A stretch of 63,647 nucleotides of DNA, counting the filler, from Octopus bimaculoides (Eukaryota): the NCBI RefSeq assembly GCF_001194135.2. It is 5 parts of 5 records of this genome, joined end to end, with 100 filler letters (N's around TTAATTAATTAA, not from the genome) between each part and the next. Parts side by side here need not be neighbours in the genome. Positions count along the whole stretch, not along the records: positions 1 to 29,492 come from NC_068986.1; 4 more parts are not named here. One strand, 5' to 3'. The stretch's first letter is position 1. Every line of letters starts with the position of its first letter. Both the position numbers and the translations under genes were made by a program. Below the pieces are notes generated by a model. The model searched no databases, was not told the origin of the DNA, and was given only the letters and a program-made list of their open reading frames with translations. Of the stretch, positions 1 through 12,488 are shown one piece after another.

Positions 1-48
1 ATATATATATATATATATATATAAAAGATGCAGGTGTGATTGCGTGGA

Positions 49-235
49 GGCGCAGGCATGGCTGTGTGCAGGTACAGGCATGGCTGTGTGGTAAGTAGCT
101 TGTTTACCAACCATATGGTTCCGGGTTCTGTCCCACTGCATAGAACCTTGGGCAAGTGTCTTCTACTATAGCATCAGGCTGACCAAAGCTTTGCAAGTGG
201 ATTTGGTAGATGGAAACTAAAAGAAGCCCGTTATA
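49..235 (+). mobile_element. tRNA-derived SINE family A, 5' half (duplicated head)
   Basis: GGCGCAGGCATGGCTGTGTG head appears twice, followed by GGTTCTGTCCCACTGC and the same body as the copies at 8901 and 62722. Confidence 0.85.
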
Positions 236-300
236 TATATGTGTGAGTGTGTGTGTGTGTGTGTGTGAGTGTGTGTGTGTGAGTGTGTGTGTGTGAGTGT

Positions 301-339
<39 letters not shown>

Positions 340-733
340 GACACATACATATATACACATATGCATACATGCGTGCACACACACACACATATACACACAC
401 GCGCGTATTTACATACACAGATACATTAGATTTTTGCACAATTTCTGTCCACAGGATTCAATTCACCGTATACTAGTCAATAAGATATGGGACACCATAG
501 TAGAAGGCTCTAGACCAAAGTGTTGTGCAGTAGGAATGAACCTGAAACCACACAGCCACATCTATGTCATTGTAATGAATAATCAAAGAATTGCTGTGAA
601 ACATAGTGAAATGTCTGTTTCTTCATTGCAGTTGCTCTTGCAAAAAACATCTATTTGAACAGGAAACTAGATATAACATTAAATAAGAGATGTAATGTAA
701 TTAAATATGAAAACACTGTATGATGATATGTAC

Positions 734-929
734 CATTTGGTCTGAAGCCAAAGTTGCTGGAAAGTCTGGTGTACTGGTTCTCTGCAGGTTTCCTCCAGAT
801 GTCTGATCATAGACTCACTGAATGATGAGAGAACGAACTTGAATAGAGCAGACTTAAGATGCTCAACATCAGCAATGAATCTCATCGATGGTGTTGCTGC
901 AGCTGTAGCTTTTGCTGCTGTTCTTGCTG
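734..929 (-). CDS. Candidate internal exon of an unidentified host gene (ARTAAKATAAATPSMRFIADVEHLKSALFKFVLSSFSESMIRHLEETCREPVHQTFQQLWLQTKW)
   Basis: 196 nt open frame between a pyrimidine-rich TTTCTAG acceptor and a TG|GTACAT donor (phase 1 to 2). The composition is helical and protein-like. No family recognised. Confidence 0.5.
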
Positions 930-935
930 CTAGAA

Positions 936-1006
936 ATGATGACGAGTGAGGATGAAGTTGATGATGATGGTGGTGGTGATGATCATGATGATGATGATGA
1001 TGGTGG

Positions 1007-1037
<31 letters not shown>

Positions 1038-1051
1038 GATGGTGATGATGG

Positions 1052-1095
<44 letters not shown>

Positions 1096-1738
1096 GTGGT
1101 GGTGATGATGATGGTGGTGATGATGATGATGATGATGGTGGTGGTGNNNNNNNNNNNNNNNNNNNNNNNNNNNNNNNNNNNNNNNNNNNNNNNNNNNNNN
1201 NNNNNNNNNNNNNNNNNNNNNNNNNNNNNNNNNNNNNNNNNNNNNNNNNNNNNNNNNNNNNNNNNNNNNNNNNNNNNNNNNNNNNNNNNNNNNNNNNNNN
1301 NNNNNNNNNNNNNNNNNNNNNNNNNNNNNNNNNNNNNNNNNNNNNNNNNNNNNNNNNNNNNNNNNNNNNNNNNNNNNNNNNNNNNNNNNNNNNNNNNNNN
1401 NNNNNNNNNNNNNNNNNNNNNNNNNNNNNNNNNNNNNNNNNNNNNNNNNNNNNNNNNNNNNNNNNNNNNNNNNNNNNNNNNNNNNNNNNNNNNNNNNNNN
1501 NNNNNNNNNNNNNNNNNNNNNNNNNNNNNNNNNNNNNNNNNNNNNNNNNNNNNNNNNNNNNNNNNNNNNNNNNNNNNNNNNNNNNNNNNNNNNNNNNNNN
1601 NNNNNNNNNNNNNNNNNNNNNNNNNNNNNNNNNNNNNNNNNNNNNNNNNNNNNNNNNNNNNNNNNNNNNNNNNNNNNNNNNNNNNNNNNNNNNNNNNNNN
1701 NNNNNNNNNNNNNNNNNNGGTGATGATGATGGTGGTGG

Positions 1739-1770
<32 letters not shown>

Positions 1771-1877
1771 ATGATGATGGTGGTGGTAATGATGATGGTG
1801 GTGATGATGATGATGATGATGGTGGTGGTGATGATGATGGTGGTGGTGGTGGTGGTGGTGGTGATGATGATGATGAT
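936..1877. repeat. (GAT/GGT)n compound trinucleotide microsatellite spanning an N gap
   Basis: Directly visible; explains the poly-D, poly-M and poly-I ORFs. Confidence 0.95.
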
Positions 1878-1944
1878 TAACAAGAGAAGTGGGTGGTGGG
1901 GTTGTTATAATTGTATTAATATATTCATGATGATATATTGATTC

Positions 1945-2150
1945 CTAGCATGGCTACAAGATCTGAAATTTGGGGGAGGGTATAGCAATTATATCAATCC
2001 CAGTATTTGACTGGTGCTTTACTTTATTGAACCCCACCAGATGAACTAATGGCAAAGTTGACCTTGGTGGGATGTGGACCCAGAACAGAAAGGGCCACAA
2101 GTAAATACTACAAGATATTTGGCTAAATGCTCTAACATTTCTGTCAACCT
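1945..2150 (-). mobile_element. SINE family B, degenerate copy
   Basis: Reverse complement of the family B copy at 39736-39935. Confidence 0.7.
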
Positions 2151-2229
2151 TCCACACTTGCAATGATAATATATTAAGAACAAAACTGCACTCTTATATA
2201 CACAAATATAATCTTTTTCATTATCTTCG

Positions 2230-2258
2230 TCTTTAACAATGATAACACCAATAATACC

Positions 2259-2290
<32 letters not shown>

Positions 2291-2570
2291 CAACAACAAG
2301 ATCACCAGCAACAAGATGACTTCCACCAACATCAATTCTGACAGAACCACCACTACTACCATCAGCTCCACTGCCAGCATCACCAGCACCAGCACCACCA
2401 CCACCACCACTACCACCAACACCAACACCACCACCACCAACACCACCAACACCACCACCACCACCACTATCAACAATATTACCAACAACAATGACACTAT
2501 CAACAACACCAACAGGAGTAACAACAATAGCAACAACAACAACAACAATAATGCTAACAATACTAACAAC
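2230..2570. repeat. (CAA/CAC/CAG)n microsatellite
   Basis: Directly visible; explains the poly-T/N and poly-L/V ORFs. Confidence 0.95.
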
Positions 2571-3284
2571 TTTATTTTCTCATCTATTCTCTATGTTGGG
2601 CTACAACAGTTGATTTTTCCAGACAATTCATTCCTGTTTTATCAGCAGAAAATATGTCAAACAATGCTGCTTTATTAGTTTATAAAACATATCATTTACT
2701 TACATTACACATTGAAAATAAAAAACAGGTTATTTTGTAATTAACTCATTAAAAACAAATACAAAATGAAGTTACAGTTTTATACTTTAGTTTTTTTCAT
2801 CTAACTATATGCTTACATATTCAAAGTCTTTTTTTATTATTATTTGAAGATGTTGTTTTGAATTAATTTTGCAATTATGAAAACGTCTGTCATACTGATA
2901 TTATGTTTAAAAAGATTTACATTCATTTTTACATGTTTTTCTTTGTAAAGATTATTATTAAAGAAAACATGTCAAATTCTTTAATTTGTATTCTTCAGTG
3001 AGATGTTGCATAGTGACATTTAATAGCTGCTTAGCTAAAGCAGTTCTAAAATGTTATACCGGTCAACACAGAGGCTGGATATTTTGCTGAATCAGTTGTG
3101 ATTCTCCATCTTAGTTTTTTTTATATTTCATCAGTGATAAACTATAGCCAGGATAACTATCAGCAGAAGATATTATCTAATAGATTTACCAACCTGTTTG
3201 TGTAATTTCATGTGAAGGAAACTTTAAAGTGGCCATCGTTTGTACACACGAGAAGGAAGCATTTGTGTTGCAGCCATTGTGTTC

Positions 3285-3500
3285 TCCTGGGATAGCGAGT
3301 TGGTAGACTTGTTAACATGCTGGACAAGATGCTTTACAGCATTTCTTCCAGTTTTGCATTTTGAGTCCAAATTCTGCTGAGGTCAACTTTGTCTTTTATC
3401 CTTTTGGGATGGATAAAATAAGTATCGGTTTAGTACCGTGGTGGATGTAATTGACTAGCATCCCCATAAAATTTCAGGTTTTCTGTTCATATAGTTGAAA
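3285..3500 (+). mobile_element. SINE family B, degenerate copy
   Basis: GATAGCGAGTTGGTAGAC...GAGTCCAAATTCTGCTGAGGTCAACTTTG matches family B. Confidence 0.7.
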
Positions 3501-3520
3501 GAATTTACCCAAACACCTAT

Positions 3521-3925
3521 TATTTCACACAAATAGCAACAATTCCACACAAATAGCAACTATTTCATACAAAAGGCAACTATTCTTACATATAGCAACT
3601 ATTTCACACAAATAGCAGTCATTTTGTACAAATAGCAACTATTTTCACAAGTAGTAAATATCTTGCACAAATAGCAACTATTTCACACAAATAGCAACTG
3701 TTTCATTCAAATAACAACTATTACACACAAATAGCAACTGCTTCATGCATATAGCAACTATTTCACACATGTAGCAACTATTCCACACAAATAGCAACTA
3801 TTTCATACAAACAGCAGCAATTCATACGAATAGCAAATATTTTACAGAAATAGCAGCTATTCACACAAATAGGGACAATTTGACACATATAATAAACTGT
3901 TCACACAAATAACAAGTATTTCAGA
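3521..3925. repeat. 20-bp minisatellite (consensus about CACACAAATAGCAACTATTT), roughly 20 diverged copies
   Basis: AAATAGCAACTATTT recurs at about 20-nt spacing. Confidence 0.9.
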
Positions 3926-4811
3926 CAATTACCAATTGCAATGAAAACATGTCTGTAAAGTATTATTTACTTTGCAAATGATCACTTTATGTCTTGTACA
4001 ACATGGAAGCTGTTACAGTGAAGGTAACATGGAAAGATTAATGATTTTCACTTGCAGAAGGATACTTAGTGACACATATGGGGATTGTGTAACAATTAAT
4101 GATGGAACACAGGAGGTAGGTGGTTGAAAACATTCATCACATGATGAATTATCATTATTCTGAATCTGCATGGATTATAGTTTGCCCAGATTGAAAAGAA
4201 AAGAATGGAATTCAAAGAAGACTTAATGCACACTCATCAGAATTGACCTGTCTTTGATGGAGACTAACAATTATGAATCAGTTAAGTAGAAACTGTTGGC
4301 AACTGCTGCTTGGTATGATTTATTTCACCTTCATTTGAAATAAATGGTTTAGGTGCTGGTGTAGCTATGTGATTAAGAAGCTTGCTTCCCAACTGTGTGG
4401 CCTTGTGTTCAGTTCCACAATGTGGCACCATAGGAAAGAATCTTTTACCATAGGCTTGGGCTGAACAAAACTTTGTGAGTCGATTTAGTAGGTGGAAACT
4501 GAAAGAAGCCTGTTGTGTGTATAAATATGAGATTCCTACTGAAGCCCTGGGACCCACAAACTCACCAGGTTGATTAACGATAGCAGTCTAAGGGAGATAA
4601 TCCCTTGTGCGTAACCCTTCTTTGTGCATTCAACCATGAGGTCTTTTCTCTCTCCACTTTGAAGAGAGGTTATAGGTCACTGGCCATAAGGTTCTGAAGA
4701 AATGCTGTAATGCTAAGTGCTTTAATCCCATAGACCAGCCATAACTACCTTTATCTAATCACTCTACTGCTGTTCTCTTTTGGATTCATGATTTACTAAC
4801 AATATACTCAT

Positions 4812-5225
4812 TCTTTTATTCTTCTATTTGTTTCAGTCATTTGATTGCGGCCATGCTGGGGCACTGCCTCAAAGAGTTTTAGTCAAAGAAATCAACTCTA
4901 GAACTTATTTTTTGTAAGCCTAGTACTTATTCTATCGGTATCTTTTGTCAAACCAGTAAGTTACAGGGACCTAAACACACCAGCATCGGTTGTCAAGCAA
5001 TGGTGGAGGGACAAACACAGACACATGCATATAAATATATACATACACATTTATATACAATTACATATATATGACAGACTTCTTTCAGTTTCCATTTACC
5101 AAATCCACCCACAAGGCTTTGGTCGGCCCAAGGCTATAATAGAAGACACTTGCCCAAGGCTCCACACAGTGGGACTGAACTTGGAACTATGTGGCTGGGA
5201 AGCAAGCCCCTTACAACACAGCTAC
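4812..5225 (-). mobile_element. SINE family A, near full length
   Basis: Reverse complement of the 8901-9310 copy. Confidence 0.85.
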
Positions 5226-5577
5226 ACCTATAAAGTCGGCACGTATGAGATGAGTATATTTATTTCACCTGTTGATATCCATACGATGATGGTCATTTTG
5301 CAGCCAAAATCATGTGAAAATAATTTACTTTAGTACTTAATAAATTATTTTGTGTGTATGCTATAAATTGCATAGTACAATTGGACATTTTACAAATGAG
5401 TGTAGATACAGAAGGCTAGCTCTTCAAATCAACAAAATATAGTTACACCAATTTTTCAACTCTAGTATACACGTACAAAAAGAATCATCAAATTTTTTAT
5501 GTATAGACATTTAAATTTTTAATGTATGGATTTCAACTACATAAGACTCTTCATTACACTCCTTCATATTGGTTTAC

Positions 5578-5692
5578 TGTGTGGTTTGTAGCCAGGTCCA
5601 CTAAAGAAGTTGCATCTGAGCAAGTTTTTTATTGCAGTTTTGGTGGTAATCAATTCATCAATTTCTTGTGAGTGGAATTGGTTGACAGGCAG
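5578..5692 (-). CDS. Candidate exon (LPVNQFHSQEIDELITTKTAIKNLLRCNFFSGPGYKPH)
   Basis: TTTTGTATAG acceptor and CACA|GTAAAC donor; 115 nt, phase 0 to 1, which is compatible with the phase-1 start of the 734-929 exon. Confidence 0.35.
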
Positions 5693-6914
5693 CTATACAA
5701 AAGTTTATATACAACAATTTATTTATTGTTAAATATAATCATGTAAATTATTTGCATGTTTTTAAATTATGAAACAATTTGCTGTGATATTAGAATTTTC
5801 TTATTGTTGCATAGAATTTCATCAAACTATTTCTTTGTCATTAAAGACGTTATATGTATGTGTGTACGTATGTATGTATGTATGTATGTATGTAGGTATG
5901 TGTGTGTATGTGTGTGCATGTATATACAAATTAATAGATAGATATATAGATACATGTAGTTTATTTAAATTGATCCTCTCAGGGTTGGTGCCAAGATAAT
6001 CAATGTCCTATGCCAGACCTGCAAGGTTACTTCTTTTTTTTTTCAGTTCTACAATGTACTCCCCCTTAATCCAGCCCTACAATTTACTCACCCTTCTCTC
6101 AATCCCACAATGTACTTCCCCGTATCCCAGCCTTTCAATATGCTCCCCTTCTCCAAGTACCAAAGGAATATCTACTTTCCTACAATATACTCCCTTTTCT
6201 TGCACTCCTACAATGTGCATCCTTTTAACAACTTTTCTCAAATTCTTCTAGCAATCACCTTCTGTACATCAACCAAAACCTACACTTGACAAAATGATAA
6301 TGAAGTTGAGCAGAAAAATCCATATTATTATTTTCATGCCTATCACTGGTTAAATCTGACAAAATTTTAAATGTTTCAACACCAACTCATTTAACAAGTT
6401 GTAACACTAGCTGATCCACTCATATTTCTCAAACTAACACCCAATCCTGTCCTTTAAGAAATTTGGCTTAAATAGTTTTAGTGTCATGAGTGATTACCTG
6501 GTTTACCTAAAGTATAGTGGCAGCTCTGGATCCAGTGGCTTCCTACTCTAGCTTTTCCTAATGTGTAGTTGGTTCCCCAGACATGACAACACTAAACAAA
6601 AGACTTTGATACACGACTCTGACAGCAGAGGGAGAAAAATTAGAACATGTTTGTGAGTTAGGCTTGCAGAAACACACACACACACACATGGATTCACACA
6701 TATACATATGCATATGCATGAGTATGTGTGTGTGTGAGTACAAGTGTGCGTTAGTGTCTGTACTTAAAAAACCTCTCTTTGTTTCTACTGACCTGGCCAA
6801 AGGCCAGGTTGTAATCTAAGCCAATACTGCATATTCAACCGATCATATCTGCCTTATGTATGCATACATGTATATGTATATATATGTGTGTGCGTGTGTA
6901 TGTTTATGTGTACA

Positions 6915-6975
<61 letters not shown>

Positions 6976-8061
6976 GTATGTATGTATTCATGTGTGTATC
7001 TATCTANNNNNNNNNNNNNNNNNNNNNNNNNNNNNNNNNNNNNNNNNNNNNNNNNNNNNNNNNNNNNNNNNNNNNNNNNNNNNNNNNNNNNNNNNNNNNN
7101 NNNNNNNNNNNNNNNNNNNNNNNNNNNNNNNNNNNNNNNNNNNNNNNNNNNNNNNNNNNNNNNNNNNNNNNNNNNNNNNNNNNNNNNNNNNNNNNNNNNN
7201 NNNNNNNNNNNNNNNNNNNNNNNNNNNNNNNNNNNNNNNNNNNNNNNNNNNNNNNNNNNNNNNNNNNNNNNNNNNNNNNNNNNNNNNNNNNNNNNNNNNN
7301 NNNNNNNNNNNNNNNNNNNNNNNNNNNNNNNNNNNNNNNNNNNNNNNNNNNNNNNNNNNNNNNNNNNNNNNNNNNNNNNNNNNNNNNNNNNNNNNNNNNN
7401 NNNNNNNNNNNNNNNNNNNNNNNNNNNNNNNNNNNNNNNNNNNNNNNNNNNNNNNNNTTTGTTCACATACAATAGGAATACAAAATACAAAATGGCTGAT
7501 AGTTAGCAAGGTGAGACACACATAAGAAAGAAGGAAACAAAGGACCACTGATGAAGTCACAGAAGTGTGACGAAAGAACTCTGGCCAAAATAAGATTAAG
7601 ATTAATGTAATATAAAGCTGAAGCAAATTAACACCAAATATACAGTGCGTGTGTTTTTATTGGCTAAACTGGCAATATGACCATCCCCAAGTACAACAAC
7701 ATATATTTATATATATATATATATATATATATGCCATGGGGAAGGCACTTGTTTCAGTAGAAAGATACTCTATCATAAAATGTGTGGTCAAAATAGTGGC
7801 AGTCATTTTGCAGTGCTTGTCATTGGAACCTACTATAGTGATCAAGAGCATGGCAAAAGTGTTGTACAAACTTTTGCTACTTAAATCCAATGACATACAG
7901 ATGTCCCACTAACATTTCATTTCTTGATCCGTTTTGTATTTTATTGAGTCCTATTGCAGTGGATAAATGACAATGTGTAAAGTCATATCAAATATGACAT
8001 TACATGCAAATATAAAGATAAATCAGAATGAACAGGTTGAATGTCAGACAACTATCAGCAG

Positions 8062-8712
8062 ATCTATTTTAAAACGGGGGCGCCAGTATTTTCTTAACGA
8101 AACACTAACGAAACACTTTGAAACTTGGGACACTGGTAGAATGTGTCATATAAAACATCTTTTACTCTTAGTCTTCTTAACAAAAAAACGTACATCGCAA
8201 GTTATTCCATGTTAAAGTTGTCGTATTTCTGTAATTTCAACCAATCACTGACGTCTATTCAGCTGAATAGAGTTACTGCTGGGCGGTCATAAAAATGTTA
8301 TTCCCTGTGACATATTTCATCTGGTTTAATCGTAATTTATACGCATATATTGTTTATATAATAAATTACGCTGTGCGTATCTATGTGTGTAACAATTTTA
8401 GAGTTCGGATTCTAGAGTTAGGGTTAGTTTTAGGGTTAGGGTTAACAGTCTAGTTAGGGTTAGTGTTAGGGTTAGGGGATTAATACGATATACACCGTTA
8501 CAGCGCTAACTGTTTTCAACTGAATAGACGTCAGTGATTAGTAGAAATTATCGAAATAACACAATTTTTTACATGAAATAAATTCGAATACAAAAATATT
8601 TTTCTGTTCTATAACACAAAATAGATAAGTATACAAAGTTTGAAAGTCTTTCCGTACCAAAAACACTACATAAAACATAAATGAAAACTGGTGCCCCTGT
8701 TTTAAAATAGAT
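8062..8712. mobile_element. Non-autonomous TIR element (MITE) with internal inverted repeats and a TTAGGG-like array
   Basis: TIRs ATCTATTTTAAAACGGGGGCGCCAGT (8062-8093) and its reverse complement (8683-8712). Inner IR at about 8235-8267 / 8515-8547. TTAGGG variants at 8416-8477. Confidence 0.85.
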
Positions 8713-8900
8713 CCCTATCATCTGACAAGATGAGGTAATCATCATGCATATATTTGCATGTGGATGTACAAATACAGTAATACCTCAATATATGAGTTAA
8801 CTTGTTCCTGGAGACTGCTCGTAAAATGAAAACTCGTAAAGCAGAGCAATGATTTCCCATAGCAGCAATATTATAAATCTTAGCAGAAAAATATTTCACC

Positions 8901-9310
8901 AACAGGCACAAGAGTGACTGTGTGATAAGTAGCTTGCTTACGAACCACATGGTTCCGGGTTCAGTCCCACTGCGTGGCACCTTGGACAAGTGTCTTCTAC
9001 TAGAGCCTCGGGCCGACTAAAGCCTTGTGAGTGGATTTGGTAGACAGAAACTGAAAGAAGCCCGTCGTATATATGTATATGTATATATATGCATGTTTGT
9101 GTGTCTGTGTTTGTCCCCCAACATCGCTTGACAACTGATGCTGGTGTGTTTACGTCCCCTTAACTTAGTGGTTCGGCAAAAGAGACCAATAGAATAAACA
9201 CTAGGCTTACAAAAAATAAGTCCTGGGGTCGATTTGCTCGACTAAAGGCGGTGCTCCAGTATGGCCGCCATCAAATGACTGAAACAATTAAAAGAGTAAA
9301 GAGTTAAAGA
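8901..9310 (+). mobile_element. SINE family A, full length
   Basis: A-box-like head, B-box GGTTCAGTCC, central (TA/TG) tract and GTAAAAGA tail; many copies in the window. Confidence 0.9.
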
Positions 9311-10863
9311 GTCAATAAAATTTATAATACATGTAAATAAATGGCAATAAAACAACAGTAGAATGTAAAGAATATTTTATGTAAAGGGAAAAGAATACCA
9401 AGATCATTTACAATAAGCAATACTACTATTGTAATTATTTTCTGAATTGCTTTCACTCGCACTAGACTCGTGCACACCATCACTTGTTGATGTGATCACC
9501 AATTCACAAGCACTCACAGACTGACTTGTAGATTTCTTTTTTAAAAATTAGTCTAAAGTTGTTTGCTTAGAAAAAGGTTTTATTCTGTTACTATATGCAA
9601 CTGTAGATGAGTCAAAACCAGTGTTGCCACATATGACGCTGCCAAATACACGCAAAATGGCTGTCTAAATTTTTTATATTTATTGTAAAATAAAATTCAT
9701 AAACCCAGGGCTTGTAAAGTGAGGTATTACTGTATATATACATGTATTTATAGATATGGACATGTATATACTCAGGTGTACATATAAATTAGCAATGAGG
9801 TTTATTAGAATCAAGATACATCAACATGTAGGATGCTAGAAACGGCTAAGAACAATAACATAGGGTTCACAATGAGGTAAAATAACCATGAAGGTATCAT
9901 GTGTAAAAAGTAAAAAGTATATAACACTTTCCTGTGTTTATTTATATTTATATATGTGTTCATAGACCAAGCTGCATTCATTTATATCAGAAGTGTAACT
10001 TAGTGATTCACTGAAATGAAATCGATAAAATAAGTACCAGACATGTATGTGACTGACTAAACTCTTTTGAAACAGGGTGTCCAGCATGACTGTAGTCCAA
10101 TGACTACAGTAAAAGAATGAATAAATAAATGAATGATTAACATTCCAAAGACAATCAGGAAATTGTTATGTGAGGGAAATCTCAAGTGTATTTTGTGATG
10201 TAAATAGAGAAGCGTTGTAAAATCCTAGTGTTTGTTAATGAAAGTAGAAACAGACTAAAATTGATGGATTACTTAGCTTAAATTTGTTCAATATTGTTGT
10301 TGTTGCTGTTGTTGTTAAGACAACAAACGAACAGGTATTAATCTAGAAATGTATCAATTCATTGAAAGGTAATTCCAAGGACACGCCCAATACATAATTG
10401 GATATGCTACTGCTGCTGCTGTTGATGATGGTGGTGGTGGTGGTGGTGGTGGTGGTGGCAATGATGATGATGATGGTGGTGATGGTGGTGGTGACAATGA
10501 CTGTGGTGGTGACAATGATGATGAAAATGATGATGATAATGATGATGATGATGGCAGTGGTGGTAGCAGTGATGATGTGGTGATGACAATGATGATGATG
10601 ATGATAAGCACAGTACTAATTTATTACAAAATTCTTAATTATTAGCTTCTTACAATGGCACAAAGTCACAACTTTGGATGGGGTGGGGGTGGGGGCAGGG
10701 ATAATTAATTATATCAACTCTCAGCAATTTACTGGTACTTTATCCTATTGACTCTAGAAGGATGAAAGGCAAAAAAAAAAATTGACCTCAACAAGTCTAA
10801 GTAATGCAAAGTTTTATTTTTTGGCTTCTCAGATATGTGCATATCTATGCACACTTGTCCATG

Positions 10864-10894
<31 letters not shown>

Positions 10895-10895
<1 letters not shown>

Positions 10896-11190
10896 ATGAC
10901 ACATGGCCTAGTGGTTAGGGTGTTGCACTTACAATCACAAAATCATGGGTTTGACTCCCAGGCCAGCAGTACATTGTGCTCCTAAACAAAACACATCAGT
11001 TCATGTTGCTCCAGTCCACTTAGCTGTAAATGAATAACCCTGTGACAGACTGATGTACTATTCAAGGGGTATGTCTGCTTGCCTGCTTAGTTGGTGAAGT
11101 GGCATCATTTGAAAACTATGACAATGCAAGGAACAATGAAGTGCATTATGACTAGTGGTGTATAACAACATCTAATAGTCTGGTTGATAC
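10895..11190 (+). mobile_element. tRNA-derived SINE, further family
   Basis: A box TGGCCTAGTGG and B box GGTTTGACTCC followed by a non-tRNA body. Confidence 0.7.
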
Positions 11191-11248
11191 AGTGATATAA
11201 TTATATATATATATATATATATAGATACAGTAGGGTATATGAATATAA

Positions 11249-11294
<46 letters not shown>

Positions 11295-11418
11295 TGAGAG
11301 AGAGAGAGAGAGAGGGTTTAGATTTAGATTCAAGATTGAATATGGTACTTATGCGTAGGCACCAGAATATCGTATGGTATGGTATTATACAAAAACCATT
11401 CCAAAAGGATAGGTGATC

Positions 11419-11576
11419 AAAAAATCAAAATAAGCAACACGGATTTCAAAGATGATTGCAGTACACACGTTTCATGCTACTCCATTTATTTAAGTAATTA
11501 CTTAAATAAATGGAGTAGCATGAAACGTGCATACTGCAATCATCTTTGAAATCTGTGTTGCTTATTTTGATTTTTT
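11419..11576. repeat. 158-bp spacerless palindrome
   Basis: 79-bp arms centred on TAAGTAATTACTTA with 3 mismatches. Confidence 0.95.
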
Positions 11577-12089
11577 ATATNNNNNNNNNNNNNNNNNNNN
11601 NNNNNNNNNNNNNNNNNNNNNNNNNNNNNNNNNNNNNNNNNNNNNNNNNNNNNNNNNNNNNNNNNNNNNNNNNNNNNNNNNNNNNNNNNNNNNNNNNNNN
11701 NNNNNNNNNNNNNNNNNNNNNNNNNNNNNNNNNNNNNNNNNNNNNNNNNNNNNNNNNNNNNNNNNNNNNNNNNNNNNNNNNNNNNNNNNNNNNNNNNNNN
11801 NNNNNNNNNNNNNNNNNNNNNNNNNNNNNNNNNNNNNNNNNNNNNNNNNNNNNNNNNNNNNNNNNNNNNNNNNNNNNNNNNNNNNNNNNNNNNNNNNNNN
11901 NNNNNNNNNNNNNNNNNNNNNNNNNNNNNNNNNNNNNNNNNNNNNNNNNNNNNNNNNNNNNNNNNNNNNNNNNNNNNNNNNNNNNNNNNNNNNNNNNNNN
12001 NNNNNNNNNNNNNNNNNNNNNNNNNNNNNNNNNNNNNNCTTGTCTACAAAATTTATATTTTTTCCATTTAAATGATTTTAAAGACTGCC

Positions 12090-12488
12090 AAATAAATGAT
12101 TATCAGATGGGGCAATGTCTGGTGAATATGGTGGGCGGGACTCCTTTCTTCTCCTGTGTTTTGCCTCCTCATTCTGTTGTCTATTCTGCTCGAAGGAGCT
12201 GGCTCCATTGCGGATAGCAGTCCTCCAGGCTGTCCTATCCATAGCAATCTGTTCCCATGAGATGAGGGTGGCTGGATGTTAGCTTGAGCCAAGGTTCATT
12301 TGAGCTGGTCTTTAAAATGGAATTTCGGACCTCCTCTGGGTTTTGTTCCGATTGCAAGTTCTCTGTAGACCATGATCCTTGGGAGACAAGAGGACTCCAT
12401 ATGTTGGACATGACCTGCCCAGTGGAGACGATAGCGAAGAATGGTGGCTTCGACACTTGATAGTGAGGCACAGCGGTTCTTCCCAGTG
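12090..12488 (-). mobile_element. RTE-clade LINE, 3' ORF fragment
   Basis: LRYRLHWAGHVQHMESSCLPRIMVYRELAIGTKPRGGPKFHFKDQLK matches the RTE C-terminal RWAGHVxRM...LP...YGEL..G.R..GRP..RFKD.LK pattern. Confidence 0.85.

Noticed and set aside
788-945. Plus-strand exon reading (VSSRCLIIDSLNDER...) with AG/GT sites
   Set aside because: The peptide looks like the antisense shadow of the more protein-like minus frame, though it is not formally excluded.
3521-3925. Regular 20-bp repeats as a possible CRISPR-like array
   Set aside because: Units are contiguous with no unique spacers, in a eukaryotic context; a minisatellite.
6498-6652. Candidate exons on either strand (CCHVWGTNYTLGK... minus; HDNTKQKTLIHD... 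plus)
   Set aside because: Splice-like sites exist on both strands, there is no recognisable homology, and the minus phase clashes with the 5692 exon.
9404-9565. Ser-rich minus-strand frame resembling a terminal exon
   Set aside because: An in-frame TAA lies between the candidate acceptors and the frame.
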